Positions 1-12,100 of a stretch of DNA of 21,931 nucleotides are shown in pieces. A program made the position numbers and the translations under genes. Each line of letters starts with the position of its first letter. Within the stretch, counting starts at the first letter, position 1. Source of the stretch: Macrostomum lignano (Eukaryota); the NCBI GenBank assembly GCA_002269645.1, contig NIVC01002191.1, positions 1 to 21,931 on the forward strand, given 5' to 3'. The notes under the pieces are model-generated. The model searched no databases. It had not been told where the DNA came from and saw only the letters and a program-made list of their open reading frames with translations.

Positions 1-2
1 AG

Positions 3-414
3 GACGGCTGGACGCCGTTGCACTGCGCCGTCACCTGCGACTCGCTGCCGCTCACCAAGCTCCTAGTGGGCTCGGTGGCGGTGCTCTACTGCACCACCCA
101 CTCCGACTCGGAGACTCGTTCGACCTGTGCCACAATGGCGGCCCAGTCGAAGCGTGGCTCCGCGCCGAGGAGGACCGCCTTGGGTCGACAATTCCGGCGA
201 GTGTTCGCCGCGTTCGACTACTCGCCGGAGCAGGCGGACGAGCTGGCGCTGGCGCGCGGCGATCAGCTGACTGTCGTGCGCAAAGGAGACGGCGCCGAGA
301 CCGCCTGGTGGTGGTGCCGGCGAGACGGCGACGCCGATGCCGGCCAACGGCGAGACGGCCGAGGAGGGCTACGTGGCGAGAAATTTTGTCAGCCTGTACA
401 AAAGTCACGGCTAG
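3..414 (+). CDS. ASPP: 3' part of an ASPP-family (TP53BP2/PPP1R13B/iASPP-like) ankyrin-repeat + SH3 protein, 5'-partial, with apparent frameshifts
   Basis: Frame 3 from base 3 gives DGWTPLHCAVTCDSLPLTKLLV...THSD, matching the ASPP ankyrin motif DGWTPLHCAASCN...FLVESGA...TYSD. It also gives VFAAFDYSPEQADELALARGDQLTVVRKGDGAETAWWWCR (SH3 start). The SH3 end EEGYVARNFVSLYKSHG* is in frame 1 (361-414, TAG at 412-414). The segment is GC-rich compared with its AT-rich flank. Similarity was recognised from memory, not from a search. Confidence 0.85.
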
Positions 415-696
415 GGGATGCTGCTGCGAGATTCTGCCGGGTGAATTACGCTTTGCACTTTTAATTCAAGTTTGCTACTCTGTTGCAATAATATAGGAAG
501 GGCCAGCCCCCAAGGCATAGAGAGTGTTTGTACTTTAATAAGGGCGTGATGTATACTTTAATAATAGTGGAAGGTGTAAATGTACTATAATAATGGAAGG
601 TAGAATTTTTTGTAATTTATTATAATAATGAAGGATGAAATGTAGTACGAGCACTTTAGTAATGGAGTGTGGGATGTACTTTAATGTATATATTGA

Positions 697-702
697 AATA
701 AA
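697..702 (+). promoter_or_regulatory. Candidate polyadenylation signal for the ASPP-like gene
   Basis: First AATAAA noticed downstream of the stop at 412-414. The hexamer is common in AT-rich DNA (another is at 1657). Confidence 0.25.
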
Positions 703-1844
703 AGTGTTAGCCATTGCTTTTATATGTAACGATCTGCAAAACCCGATTTCTTGTTGTTCAATTCCAGTGGGCATCACGGCAGACAGGTTTATCATTCAAC
801 CAACAATCCCAGGCTACAACAATGTTAATCGGTTAGGTTTGTTATAAGCCTGTGAGAAAAACAAATTCTAGTCATTTTTTATTATGAGCAACTATTGCAA
901 AAAGTAATAATTCCTGATTATAGATTGAGTTTATGCTCTCTGTACGTACTGAGATTGAGAAATACGTGGCCCCGTTCTCATTGATTATGTAACGCCACAT
1001 GTACTTATAGGCTTGTAAGTGTGCAATTATATGCTACGGAGAATCTATGATTATATGATCGTTAGTTGGCATTCCAATACGTACGGCCCTGATCCCACAT
1101 GTACAAGTCTCGGTTGAAAAAGGATTTCAAACATATTATGTTATCAAGTATGCAGTCTTTGGAGTGCACATGTAGATATAAAATTATTGAATTGTTTGTC
1201 ATTAAATGCAGTGCATTTTTTCGATTGAATCTACAGCTATAAATTTTGCGAGTTTGAGCTCCACACTATATAGATGTGCATATGCTCGTTTACCTACTGT
1301 TTTAGTACTATATTACCTATTCATTTACTTCATGGAAATTTTTATACCAACAAGAAATTTATCTAAAGTGCACTTAAAATTACTGTAGGTAACCTGTAGC
1401 CTTTTTTAGTGGTTTGTACCTTTTTTCAGAGATTGAAATATGACTCGTAATTATGTACTTTCAAAATCTCATTAAGCTCAGTAGATCCATTCCAGCTTAT
1501 TTTTAACTAAATTTTTATCATTTCATAATTTTAATTAATCCTAATTCGTTACTAAAGTGCATGTAGTTATTGATTTTAATTAAATGTATTTTTTCCCGCG
1601 GTCTAATATAGTAAAAGTTTTTAACTGCGTGCAATTCTTTCCTGATCATTAATTGTAATAAATAAATGTAAAATTTAATAAATGTAAATGTAATGTCCTG
1701 ATCATAAATGTAATAAATTGTATCCCGATTCAACGGGCAGTTGAACTGAAGTTCAAAATGCACAATTGATAAAGATTTACGTACATAAGTATTAAAGTAT
1801 TGATTTTTCTCCACGACGAAGACATAGTGTACAGTACGCGTAGC

Positions 1845-2692
1845 AGAGCTGTGATTGGCCAGTGTTGGCTCTCAGCAGATCTTTGATTGGCCAGTGTGGT
1901 TCTCAGCAGATGTGATCGGCCAGTGTGGCTCTCAGCAGATGTGATTGGCCAGTGTGGCTCTCAGCAGATCTGTGATTGGCCAGTGTGGCTCTCAGCTAGG
2001 CCAGTGTTTACCAGCTAGCAGATCTGTGATTGGTCAGTGTGGCTCTCAGCAGATGTGATTGGCCAGTGTGGCTCTCAGCAGATGTGATTGGCCAGTGTGG
2101 CTCTCAGCAGATCTGTGATTGGCCAGTGTGGCTCTCAGCTAGGCCATGCAGTGTTTACCAGCTAGCAGATCTGTGATTGGTCAGTGTGGCTCTCAGCAGA
2201 TGTGATTGGCCAGTGTGGCTCTCGGCTAGGCCAGTGTTTACCAGCTAGCAGATCTGTGATTGGTCAGTGTGGCTCCCAGCAGATCTGTGATTGGCCAGTG
2301 TGGCTCCTAGCAGATCTGTGATTGGTCAGTGTGGCTCCCAGCAGATCTGTGATTGGCCAGTGTGGCTCCCAGCAGATCTGTGATTGGTCAGTGTGGCTCC
2401 TAGCAGATCTGTGATTGGTCAGTGTGGCTCCCAGCAGATCTGTGATTGGTCAGTGTGGCTCCTAGCAGATCTGTGATTAGTCAGTGTGTCACTCAGCAGA
2501 GCTGTGATTGGCCAGTGTGGCTCTCGGCAGATGTGATTGGCCAGTGTGGCTCTCAGCAGAGCTGTTATTGGCCAGTGTGGCTCTCGCAGATGTGATTGGC
2601 CAGTGTGGCTCTCAGCAGAGCTGTGATTGGCCAGTGTGGCTCTCAGCAGAGCTGTGATTGGCCAGTGTGGCTCTCAGCTAGGCCAGTGTGAC
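1845..2692. repeat. 29-31-bp minisatellite, consensus (CT)GTGATTGGCCAGTGTGGCTCTCAGCAGAT, roughly 25 units
   Basis: Tandem units are directly visible. A variant spacer CTAGGCCAGTGTTTACCAGCTAGCAGAT interrupts the array near 1996, 2139 and 2226. Confidence 0.95.
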
Positions 2693-3499
2693 TCAATCCA
2701 ACTTATGAGCATCTACGAGTAACAAAACAAAACAAACAAAAATAACAAAAATCAATTTAAAACACGTGTAACTTTTTAATTTTCAAAGGTGAAAGCCAAC
2801 GGTACTTAAAAGTACATCGCTTTACATGCACTTACTAATAAAGCGATTTTTCTTACATATATAAAACCACGCGCAGGCCAGGCAAACTGACGAGTATCGG
2901 GCACACGAGGTGCAGAGGTTATAACAATAAATAATAAAAACGGACAGATTCAACCACTTTAAATTGCTGATATGTTGGGAACATACTTGGCCATGAACCA
3001 TGAACTTAGGAACTTACTTCCTTTGAATAAGGATAAAAAATCAGCAAGCAAGCTTTCTTTTTCAGAAAGAATTAAGAAAATTCAGAATTTTTAATTTAAA
3101 ACGCATATAAATAACAGCAATGACCGGGATGCTCTACTGCTTAAAAATGAAATTAAGTAGTAAGATTGAACGGTTTGAAATTCTAATAAAATCATGCAGC
3201 GAGTTTGTTAGTTAAGCTAACAGATAGGGGATTTGCCATGAGAAGCGATTGCAAAAGGGCTAAATAAACTAGCATAAAAATATTAATAGAGCACACAAAT
3301 CGACAAAGCAGAATGGACTCTTTTTATTAGGCGTTTTAAGCAAATTGTTTTAAGATTTAAAGGAAAAACAATGAATAATAGAAATAAATAACGAACAGCT
3401 CCGATAGGACAATAGGTCTCTTTCAGAGACGCAATGAGATTGGGATTCATCCTTGCTTGGGATTTCTTAGTTTCTGATTTTAGAAACGGTTAAAGAAAC

Positions 3500-4035
3500 G
3501 GATTTCCTGGAATCTATAAGTCCCAGTTTGGGATTTCTTAGAATCCAAAAATCCTAGTTTGGGATTTCTTAGAATCCATAAATCCCAGTTTTGGATTTCT
3601 TAGAATCCATAAATCCCAGTTTTGGATTTCTTAGAACCCATAAATCCTGGCTTGGGATTTCTCAGAATCCATAAATCCTAGTTTGGGATTTCTTAGAATT
3701 AAAAATCCTAGTTTGGGATTTCTCAGAATCCATAAATCCTAGTTTGGGATTTCTTAGAATCCATAAATCCTGGTTTGGGATTTCTTAGAATTAAAAATCC
3801 TAGTTTGGGATTTCTCAGAATCCATAAATCCTAGTTTGGGATTTCTTAGAATTAAAAATCCTAGTTTGGGATTTCTCAGAATCCATAAATCCTAGTTTGG
3901 GATTTCTTAGAATCCATAAATCCTGGTTTGGGATCACTCAGAATCCATAAATTCTAGCTTGGGATTTTTAAGGATCTATGAATCCTATTTTGGGATTTCT
4001 TAGACTCGACAAATCATATTTGGAATTTCTTAGAA
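3500..4035. repeat. 31-bp minisatellite, consensus GGGATTTCTTAGAATCCATAAATCCTAGTTT, about 17 units
   Basis: Tandem units are directly visible and degenerate at both edges. Confidence 0.95.
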
Positions 4036-4480
4036 CCGATAACATCAGATTAGTATTTCTTTAAACTCGGGAACTTCAGGTCAAAATATACAAAATGAAG
4101 CAAATTTCAGTGGAAAGATCAATAGTTAACTCTTAAATCAAACGGCTTGTCAGCAATAAGGTAAATTGCTGGACAATGATGGAAAAGCAAACAGAAAAAG
4201 CAACAAATTCAGCTGAAAGAAGAGGCAAACAAATCTTAGCCGTGCAGTAAAGCCTGAGTGATTTTCAATTTGTTCCACCCACTGGCTGCTCGGAGAGATG
4301 CTGCTGCAGACAACGGCGCGCGAAATTTCTGCTTCTCAACCAGGACTGGGAGCTCTGCGGGCGAATGAGTTAAGTTGGCTTATAAAAACTGCTAGAATAC
4401 TCGTAGTAACAAAGATATTTACACAAAGTGCTAATTTTATAACTACAGAGAAATCAATTCGAGAAAGGAAAGAGAGACAT

Positions 4481-4763
<283 letters not shown>

Positions 4764-4984
4764 CTAGCAATCTACGCCCCCCGTTGGGGAGCCAAAGAAA
4801 TGCAATACACGTTTTTTTAATAAGCTACATGTATCCTTGAAATCTTAAAAAATCTCCTGTCAAACCTTGTAAGCCTTGACATGTCAGTTATCCCCCCACA
4901 AACTTTAACATATCAACTTCCCCCCTTGACATCTCAGCAATGCCCCCAATAAGCCTTGGAAATCTAAAAATATCTGTCAACCTT

Positions 4985-5029
4985 CTAACCCTAACCCTAG
5001 CCTAACCCTAACCCTAACCCTAACCCTAA
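4985..5029. repeat. Short interstitial telomere-like (CCCTAA)n tract, about 7 units
   Basis: CTAACCCTAACCCTAGCCTAACCCTAACCCTAACCCTAACCCTAA is directly visible. A degenerate paralog lies at ~5681-5728. Confidence 0.9.
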
Positions 5030-5086
5030 AGCATTGAAATTTCAGTAATTCTCTCTAAGAGTCATTATAGCACTACTACAGCATTA

Positions 5087-5357
5087 CAGGGGCGTAGCCA
5101 GAGGGGCGGCAAGGGGGGCCGTGGCCCCCCCCCCATAATCACCAACTCTGGCCTTGGCGCCCCCCCTAAAAGAAACTGGCGCCCCCCCCCTAAAAGAAAC
5201 TGGCGCCCCCCTAAAAGAAACTGGCGCCCCTAAAAGAAACTGGCGCCCCCTAAAAGAAACTGGCGCCCCCCTACAAGAAACTGGCGCCCCCCCTATAAGA
5301 AGCTGGCGCCCCCTAACTCAAGGCCCCCACCAAACAAAATTCCTGGCTACGCCCCTG
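5087..5357. mobile_element. hAT-superfamily MITE (271 bp) nested in element A
   Basis: Perfect 15-bp TIRs CAGGGGCGTAGCCAG (5087-5101) and CTGGCTACGCCCCTG (5343-5357). Perfect 8-bp TSD CAGCATTA at 5079-5086 and 5358-5365. An 8-bp TSD with a CAG-starting TIR is typical of hAT elements. Confidence 0.92.
5155..5305. repeat. Internal ~20-24-bp tandem repeat of the MITE, GGCGCCCC(C)nTAAAAGAAACT, about 7 units
   Basis: Directly visible. Units differ mainly in C-run length. Confidence 0.9.
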
Positions 5358-6124
5358 CAGCATTATAGCGATTCCTTGCAAGCCTCAACATCGTAGGGAT
5401 TCCCAAATGAATCTCTTAACTTTGACATGAAGCTTCTTTTATTTTTTACATTACGCTTTTTTATCAGCGATCCCTCCCCTGAGGAGGCATCAAATAATGT
5501 AATAAAAAGTTTTCAATAAACTACATGTAGCTTCTGACTTTAGCCTTGAAATCTCATTTATACCCCCGTGAGCCTTGACATCTCAGCTATTCCCCCCGTA
5601 AGCCTTGACATGTCAGCAATGGCCCCCATAAACCTTGAAATCTAAAATATCCCCTGTTAACCTTGAAACCCGATAAAATATAACCCTCAACCCACACCTG
5701 ACCTAAACCTAACTTTAACCCAACCTAAAGCCTTGAAATCTCAGCAATTCTTCTCCCCTAAGCCTTGACATTTTAGTGATTCCTTCTTTAAGAATCACAG
5801 CACTATAACGATTTCCACCAAGCTTTGACATCGTAGCAATTCCCAAATGAATCTTTTAACTTCGACATGACTTTTCTTTATGTATACATAGTGCTACTTT
5901 TATTTTTTACATGACTTTTCTTCTATCAGCGCCCCCCGTGACGAGCCAACAAAGAATGCAATAAAAAAATGGAGTAAAGTACATGAACTTTGAAGTAGCT
6001 TCTGACTTTTGCTTTGACATCTCAGAAACCCCCCCCCGTAATCTCAGTTATTCTCTGAGAGCCTTTACGTCTCAGTTTTCTCCCCAGCACAGCATTATAG
6101 TTGCATTTAATTTTTGCATGAACC

Positions 6125-9100
6125 CTTCATGTCTGACATGACGTTTCTTTTATTCTACCGTGACGCTTCTTAATTTTTAAATGACACTTTCATTAGTTTT
6201 TAAATGAGGCTTCTATGATTTTTTCTTGACGCTTCTATGATTTTTACATGACGCTTCTATGATGTTTACATGACGCTTCTATGATTGTTTACATGACGCT
6301 TCTATGATTTTTTACATGACGCTTCTATGATTGTTTACATGACGCTTCTATGATTGTTTACATGACGCTTCTATGATTGTTTACATGACGCTTCTATGAT
6401 TGTTTACATGACGCTTCTACGATTTTTTACATGACGCTTCTATGATTGTTTACATGACGCTTCTATGATTGTTTACATGACGCTTCTATGATTGTTTACA
6501 TGACGCTTCTATGATTGTTTACATGACGCTTCTATGATTGTTTACATGACGCTTCTATGATTGTTTACATGACGCTTCTATGATTGTTTACATGACGCTT
6601 CTATGATTGTTTACATGACGCTTCTATGATTGTTTACATGACGCTTCTATGATTTTTTACATGACGCTTCTATGATTGTTTACATGACGCTTCTATGATT
6701 GTTTACAGAATGCTTCTATGATTGTTTACATGACGCTTCTACGATTTTTTACATGACGCTTCTATGATTGTTTACATGACGCTTCTATGATTGTTTACAT
6801 GACGCTTCTATGATTGTTTACATGACGCTTCTATGATTGTTTACATGACGCTTCTATGATTGTTTACATGACGCTTCTACGATTTTTTACATGACGCTTC
6901 TATGATTTTTTACATGACGCTTCTATGATTGTTTACATGACGCTTCTATGATTTTTTAATGACGCTTCTATGATTGTTTACATGACGCTTCTACGATTTT
7001 TATATGACGCTTCTATGATTTTTTAATGACGCTTCTATGATTGTTTACATGACGCTTCTATGATTTTTACATGACGCTTCTATGATTGTTTACATGACGC
7101 TCTAAGATTTTTTAATGACGCTTCTATGATTGTTTACATGACGCTTCTATGATTGTTTACATGACGCTTCTATGATTGTTTACATGACGCTTCTATGATT
7201 GTTTACATGACGCTTCTATGATTTTTACATGACGCTTCTATGATTGTTTACATGACGCTTCTATGATTTTTTAATGACGCTTCTATGATTGTTTACATGA
7301 CGCTTCTATGATTGTTTACATGACGCTTCTATGATTGTTTACATGACGCTTCTATGATTTTTACATGACGCTTCTATGATTTTTACATGACGCTTCTATG
7401 ATTTTTTACATGACGCTTCTATGATTGTTTACATGACGCTTCTATGATTGTTTACATGACGCTTCTATGATTGTTTACATGACGCTTCTATGATTTTTTA
7501 CATGACGCTTCTATGATTGTTTACATGACGCTTCTATGATTGTTTACATGACGCTTCTATGATTGTTTACATGACGCTTCTATGATTGTTTACATGACGC
7601 TTCTACGATTTTTTACATGACGCTTCTATGATTGTTTACATGACGCTTCTATGATTGTTTACATGACGCTTCTATGATTGTTTACATGACGCTTCTATGA
7701 TTGTTTACATGACGCTTCTATGATTGTTTACATGACGCTTCTATGATTGTTTACATGACGCTTCTATGATTGTTTACATGACGCTTCTATGATTGTTTAC
7801 ATGACGCTTCTATGATTGTTTACATGACGCTTCTACGATTTTTTACATGACGCTTCTATGATTGTTTACATGACGCTTCTATGATTGTTTACATGACGCT
7901 TCTATGATTGTTTACATGACGCTTCTATGATTTTTACATGACGCTTCTATGATTGTTTACATGACGCTTCTATGATTGTTTACATGACGCTTCTATGATT
8001 GTTTACATGACGCTTCTACGATTTTTTACATGACGCTTCTATGATTGTTTACATGACGCTTCTATGATTTTTATATGACGCTTCTATGATTTTTTACATG
8101 ACGCTTCTATGATTTTTTAATGACGCTTCTATGATTTTTAATGACGCTTCTATGATTTTTAATGACGCTTCTATGATTGTTTACATGACGCTTCTATGAT
8201 TTTTTACATGACGCTTCTATGTTTTTTAAATGACGCTTCTATGATTGTTTACATGACGCTTCTGATTTTTTACATGACGCTTCTATGATTGTTTACATGA
8301 CGCTTCTATGATTTTTAATGACGCTTCTATGATTGTTTACATGACGCTTCTATGATTGTTTACATGACGCTTCTATGATTGTTTACATGACGCTTCTATG
8401 ATTGTTTACATGACGCTTCTACGATTTTTTACATGACGCTTCTATGATTGTTTACATGACGCTTCTATGATTTTTTAATGACGCTTCTATGATTGTTTAC
8501 ATGACGCTTCTATGATTGTTTACATGACGCTTCTATGATTGTTTACATGACGCTTCTATGATTTTTACATGACGCTTCTATGATTGTTACATGACGCTTC
8601 TATGATTTTTTACATGACGCTTCTATGATTGTTTACATGACGCTTCTATGATTGTTTACATGACGCTTCTATGATTGTTTACATGACGCTTCTACGATTT
8701 TTTACATGACGCTTCTATGATTGTTTACATGACGCTTCTATGATTGTTTACATGACGCTTCTATGATTGTTTACATGACGCTTCTATGATTTTTTACATG
8801 ACGCTTCTATGATTGTTTACATGACGCTTCTACGATGTTTTACATGACGCTTCTATGATTGTTTACATGACGCTTCTATGATTTTTACATGACGCTTCTA
8901 TGATTGTTTACATGACGCTTCTATGATTTTTACATGACGCTTCTATGATTGTTTACATGACGCTTCTATGATTGTTTACATGACGCTTCTATGATTGTTT
9001 ACATGACGCTTCTATGATTGTTTACATGACGCTTCTATGATTGTTTACATGACGCTTCTATGATTGTTTACATGACGCTTCTATGATTGTTTACATGACG

Positions 9101-12100
9101 CTTCTATGATTGTTTACATGACGCTTCTATGATTTTTACATGACGCTTCTATGATTGTTTACATGACGCTTCTATGATTGTTTACATGACGCTTCTATGA
9201 TTGTTTACATGACGCTTCTATGATTGTTTACATGACGCTTCTATGATTGTTTACATGACGCTTCTATGATTGTTTACATGACGCTTCTATGATTGTTTAC
9301 ATGACGCTTCTATGATTGTTTACATGACGCTTCTATGATTGTTTACATGACGCTTCTATGATTGTTTACATGACGCTTCTATGATTGTTTACATGACGCT
9401 TCTATGATTTTTACATGACGCTTCTATGATTGTTACATGACGCTTCTATGATTGTTTACATGACGCTTCTATGATTTTTACATGACGCTTCTATGATTGT
9501 TTACATGACGCTTCTATGATTTTTACATGACGCTTCTATGATTTTTTACATGACGCTTCTATGATTGTTTACATGACGCTTCTATGATTTTTACATGACG
9601 CTTCTATGATTTTTACATGACGCTTCTATGATTGTTTACATGACGCTTCTATGATTTTTTAATGACGCTTCTATGATTGTTTACATGACGCTTCTATGAT
9701 TTTTATATGACGCTTCTATGATTTTTACATGACGCTTCTATGATTTTTTAATGACGCTTCTATGATTTTTAATGACGCTTCTATGATTTTTACATGACGC
9801 TTCTATGATTGTTTACATGACGCTTCTATGATTTTTACATGACGCTTCTATGATTTTTTACATGACGCTTCTATGATTGTTTACATGACGCTTCTATGAT
9901 TTTTTACATGACGCTTCTATGATTGTTTACATGACGCTTCTATGATTTTTACATGACGCTTCTATGATTGTTTACATGACGCTTCTATGATTGTTTACAT
10001 GACGCTTCTATGATTTTTACATGACGCTTCTATGATTGTTTACATGACGCTTCTATGATTGTTTACATGACGCTTCTATGATTGTTTACATGACGCTTCT
10101 ATGATTTTTTACATGACGCTTCTATGATTGTTTACATGACGCTTCTATGATTGTTTACATGACGCTTCTATGATTGTTTACATGACGCTTCTATGATTGT
10201 TTACATGACGCTTCTATGATTGTTTACATGACGCTTCTACGATTTTTTACATGACGCTTCTATGATTGTTTACATGACGCTTCTATGATTTTTACATGAC
10301 GCTTCTATGATTGTTTACATGACGCTTCTATGATTGTTTACATGACGCTTCTATGATTGTTTACATGACGCTTCTATGATTTTTACATGACGCTTCTATG
10401 ATTGTTTACATGACGCTTCTATGATTGTTTACATGACGCTTCTATGATTGTTTACATGACGCTTCTATGATTTTTACATGACGCTTCTATGATTGTTTAC
10501 ATGACGCTTCTATGATTGTTTACATGACGCTTCTATGATTGTTTACATGACGCTTCTATGATTTTTACATGACGCTTCTATGATTGTTTACATGACGCTT
10601 CTATGATTGTTTACATGACGCTTCTATGATTGTTTACATGACGCTTCTATGATTGTTTACATGACGCTTCTATGATTGTTTACATGACGCTTATGATTGT
10701 TTACATGACGCTTCTATGATTTTTACATGACGCTTCTATGATTGTTTACATGACGCTTCTATGATTGTTTACATGACGCTTCTATGATTTTTACATGACG
10801 CTTCTATGATTTTTACATGACGCTTCTATGATTTTACATGACGCTTCTATGATTTTTACATGACGCTTCTATGATTGTTTACATGACGCTTCTATGATTG
10901 TTTACATGACGCTTCTATGATTTTTACATGACGCTTCATGATTGTTTACATGACGCTTTCTTTTATTTACATGACGCTTCTTAATTTTTAATGACACTTT
11001 CATTAGTTTTAAGGCTTCTATGATTTTTACATGACGCTTCTATGATTTTTAATGACGCTTCTATGATTTTTTACATGACGCTTCTATGATTTTTACATGA
11101 CGCTTCTATGATTTTTTACATGACGCTTCTATGATTTTTACATGACGCTTCTATGATTTTTTACATGACGCTTCTATGATTGTTTACATGACGCTTCTAT
11201 GATTTTTATATGACGCTTCTATGATTGTTTACATGACGCTTCTATGATTGTTTACATGACGCTTCTATGATTGTTTACATGACGCTTCTATGATTGTTTA
11301 CATGACGCTTCTATGATTGTTTACATGACGCTTCTATGATTGTTTACATGACGCTTCTATGATTGTTTACATGACGCTTCTATGATTGTTTACATGACGC
11401 TTCTATGATTGTTTACATGACGCTTCTATGATTGTTTACATGACGCTTCTATGATTGTTTACATGACGCTTCTATGATTGTTTACATGACGCTTCTATGA
11501 TTGTTTACATGACGCTTCTATGATTGTTTACATGACGCTTCTATGATTGTTTACATGACGCTTCTATGATTGTTTACATGACGCTTCTATGATTTTTACA
11601 TGACGCTTCTATGATTGTTTACATGACGCTTCTATGATTTTTACATGACGCTTCTATGATTTTTACATGACGCTTCTATGATTTTTACATGACGCTTCTA
11701 TGATTTTTACATGACGCTTCTATGATTTTTACATGACGCTTCTATGATTTTTACATGACGCTTCTATGATTTTTTACATGACGCTTCTATGATTTTTACA
11801 TGACGCTTCTATGATTGTTTACATGACGCTTCTATGATTTTTTACATGACGCTTCTATGATTGTTTACATGACGCTTCTATGATTTTTACATGACGCTTC
11901 TATGATTGTTTACATGACGCTTCTATGATTGTTTACATGACGCTTCTATGATTTTTACATGACGCTTCTATGATTGTTTACATGACGCTTCTATGATTTT
12001 TACATGACGCTTCTATGATTGTTTACATGACGCTTCTATGATTTTTACATGACGCTTCTATGATTGTTTACATGACGCTTCTATGATTGTTTACATGACG

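Larger units (their letters stand above)
4771..6000. repeat. Degenerate tandem repetition (~430-460 bp unit) of the element A subterminal region, itself built of AGCCTTGACAT(G/C)TCAGCAAT..CCCCC subrepeats
   Basis: CCCCCCG....G.GCCAA..AA.GCAATA...CTACATGTA recurs near 4777, 5470 and 5931. ATTCCCAAATGAATCT.TTAACTT.GACATGA recurs at ~5399 and ~5840. The CCCTAA-like tract recurs at 4985 and 5681. Confidence 0.75.

Noticed and set aside
52-408. Minus-strand ORFs 52-408 and 63-347, and plus ORF 308-496
   Set aside because: Shadow ORFs of a GC-rich coding exon with no recognisable motifs.
18-464. 148-aa ORF taken as the true protein
   Set aside because: Its middle (117-201) and C-terminal (after ~340) parts are off-frame relative to ASPP homology. 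The conserved SH3 end is in frame 1 and stops at 414.
500-1840. Short AT-rich ORFs and faint ~30-bp degenerate repeats at 520-700
   Set aside because: No coding signal. Probably 3' UTR or intergenic low-complexity DNA, too degenerate to define.
4985-5029. True telomere or chromosome end
   Set aside because: Only about 7 units, internal to a mobile element, with sequence continuing on both sides.
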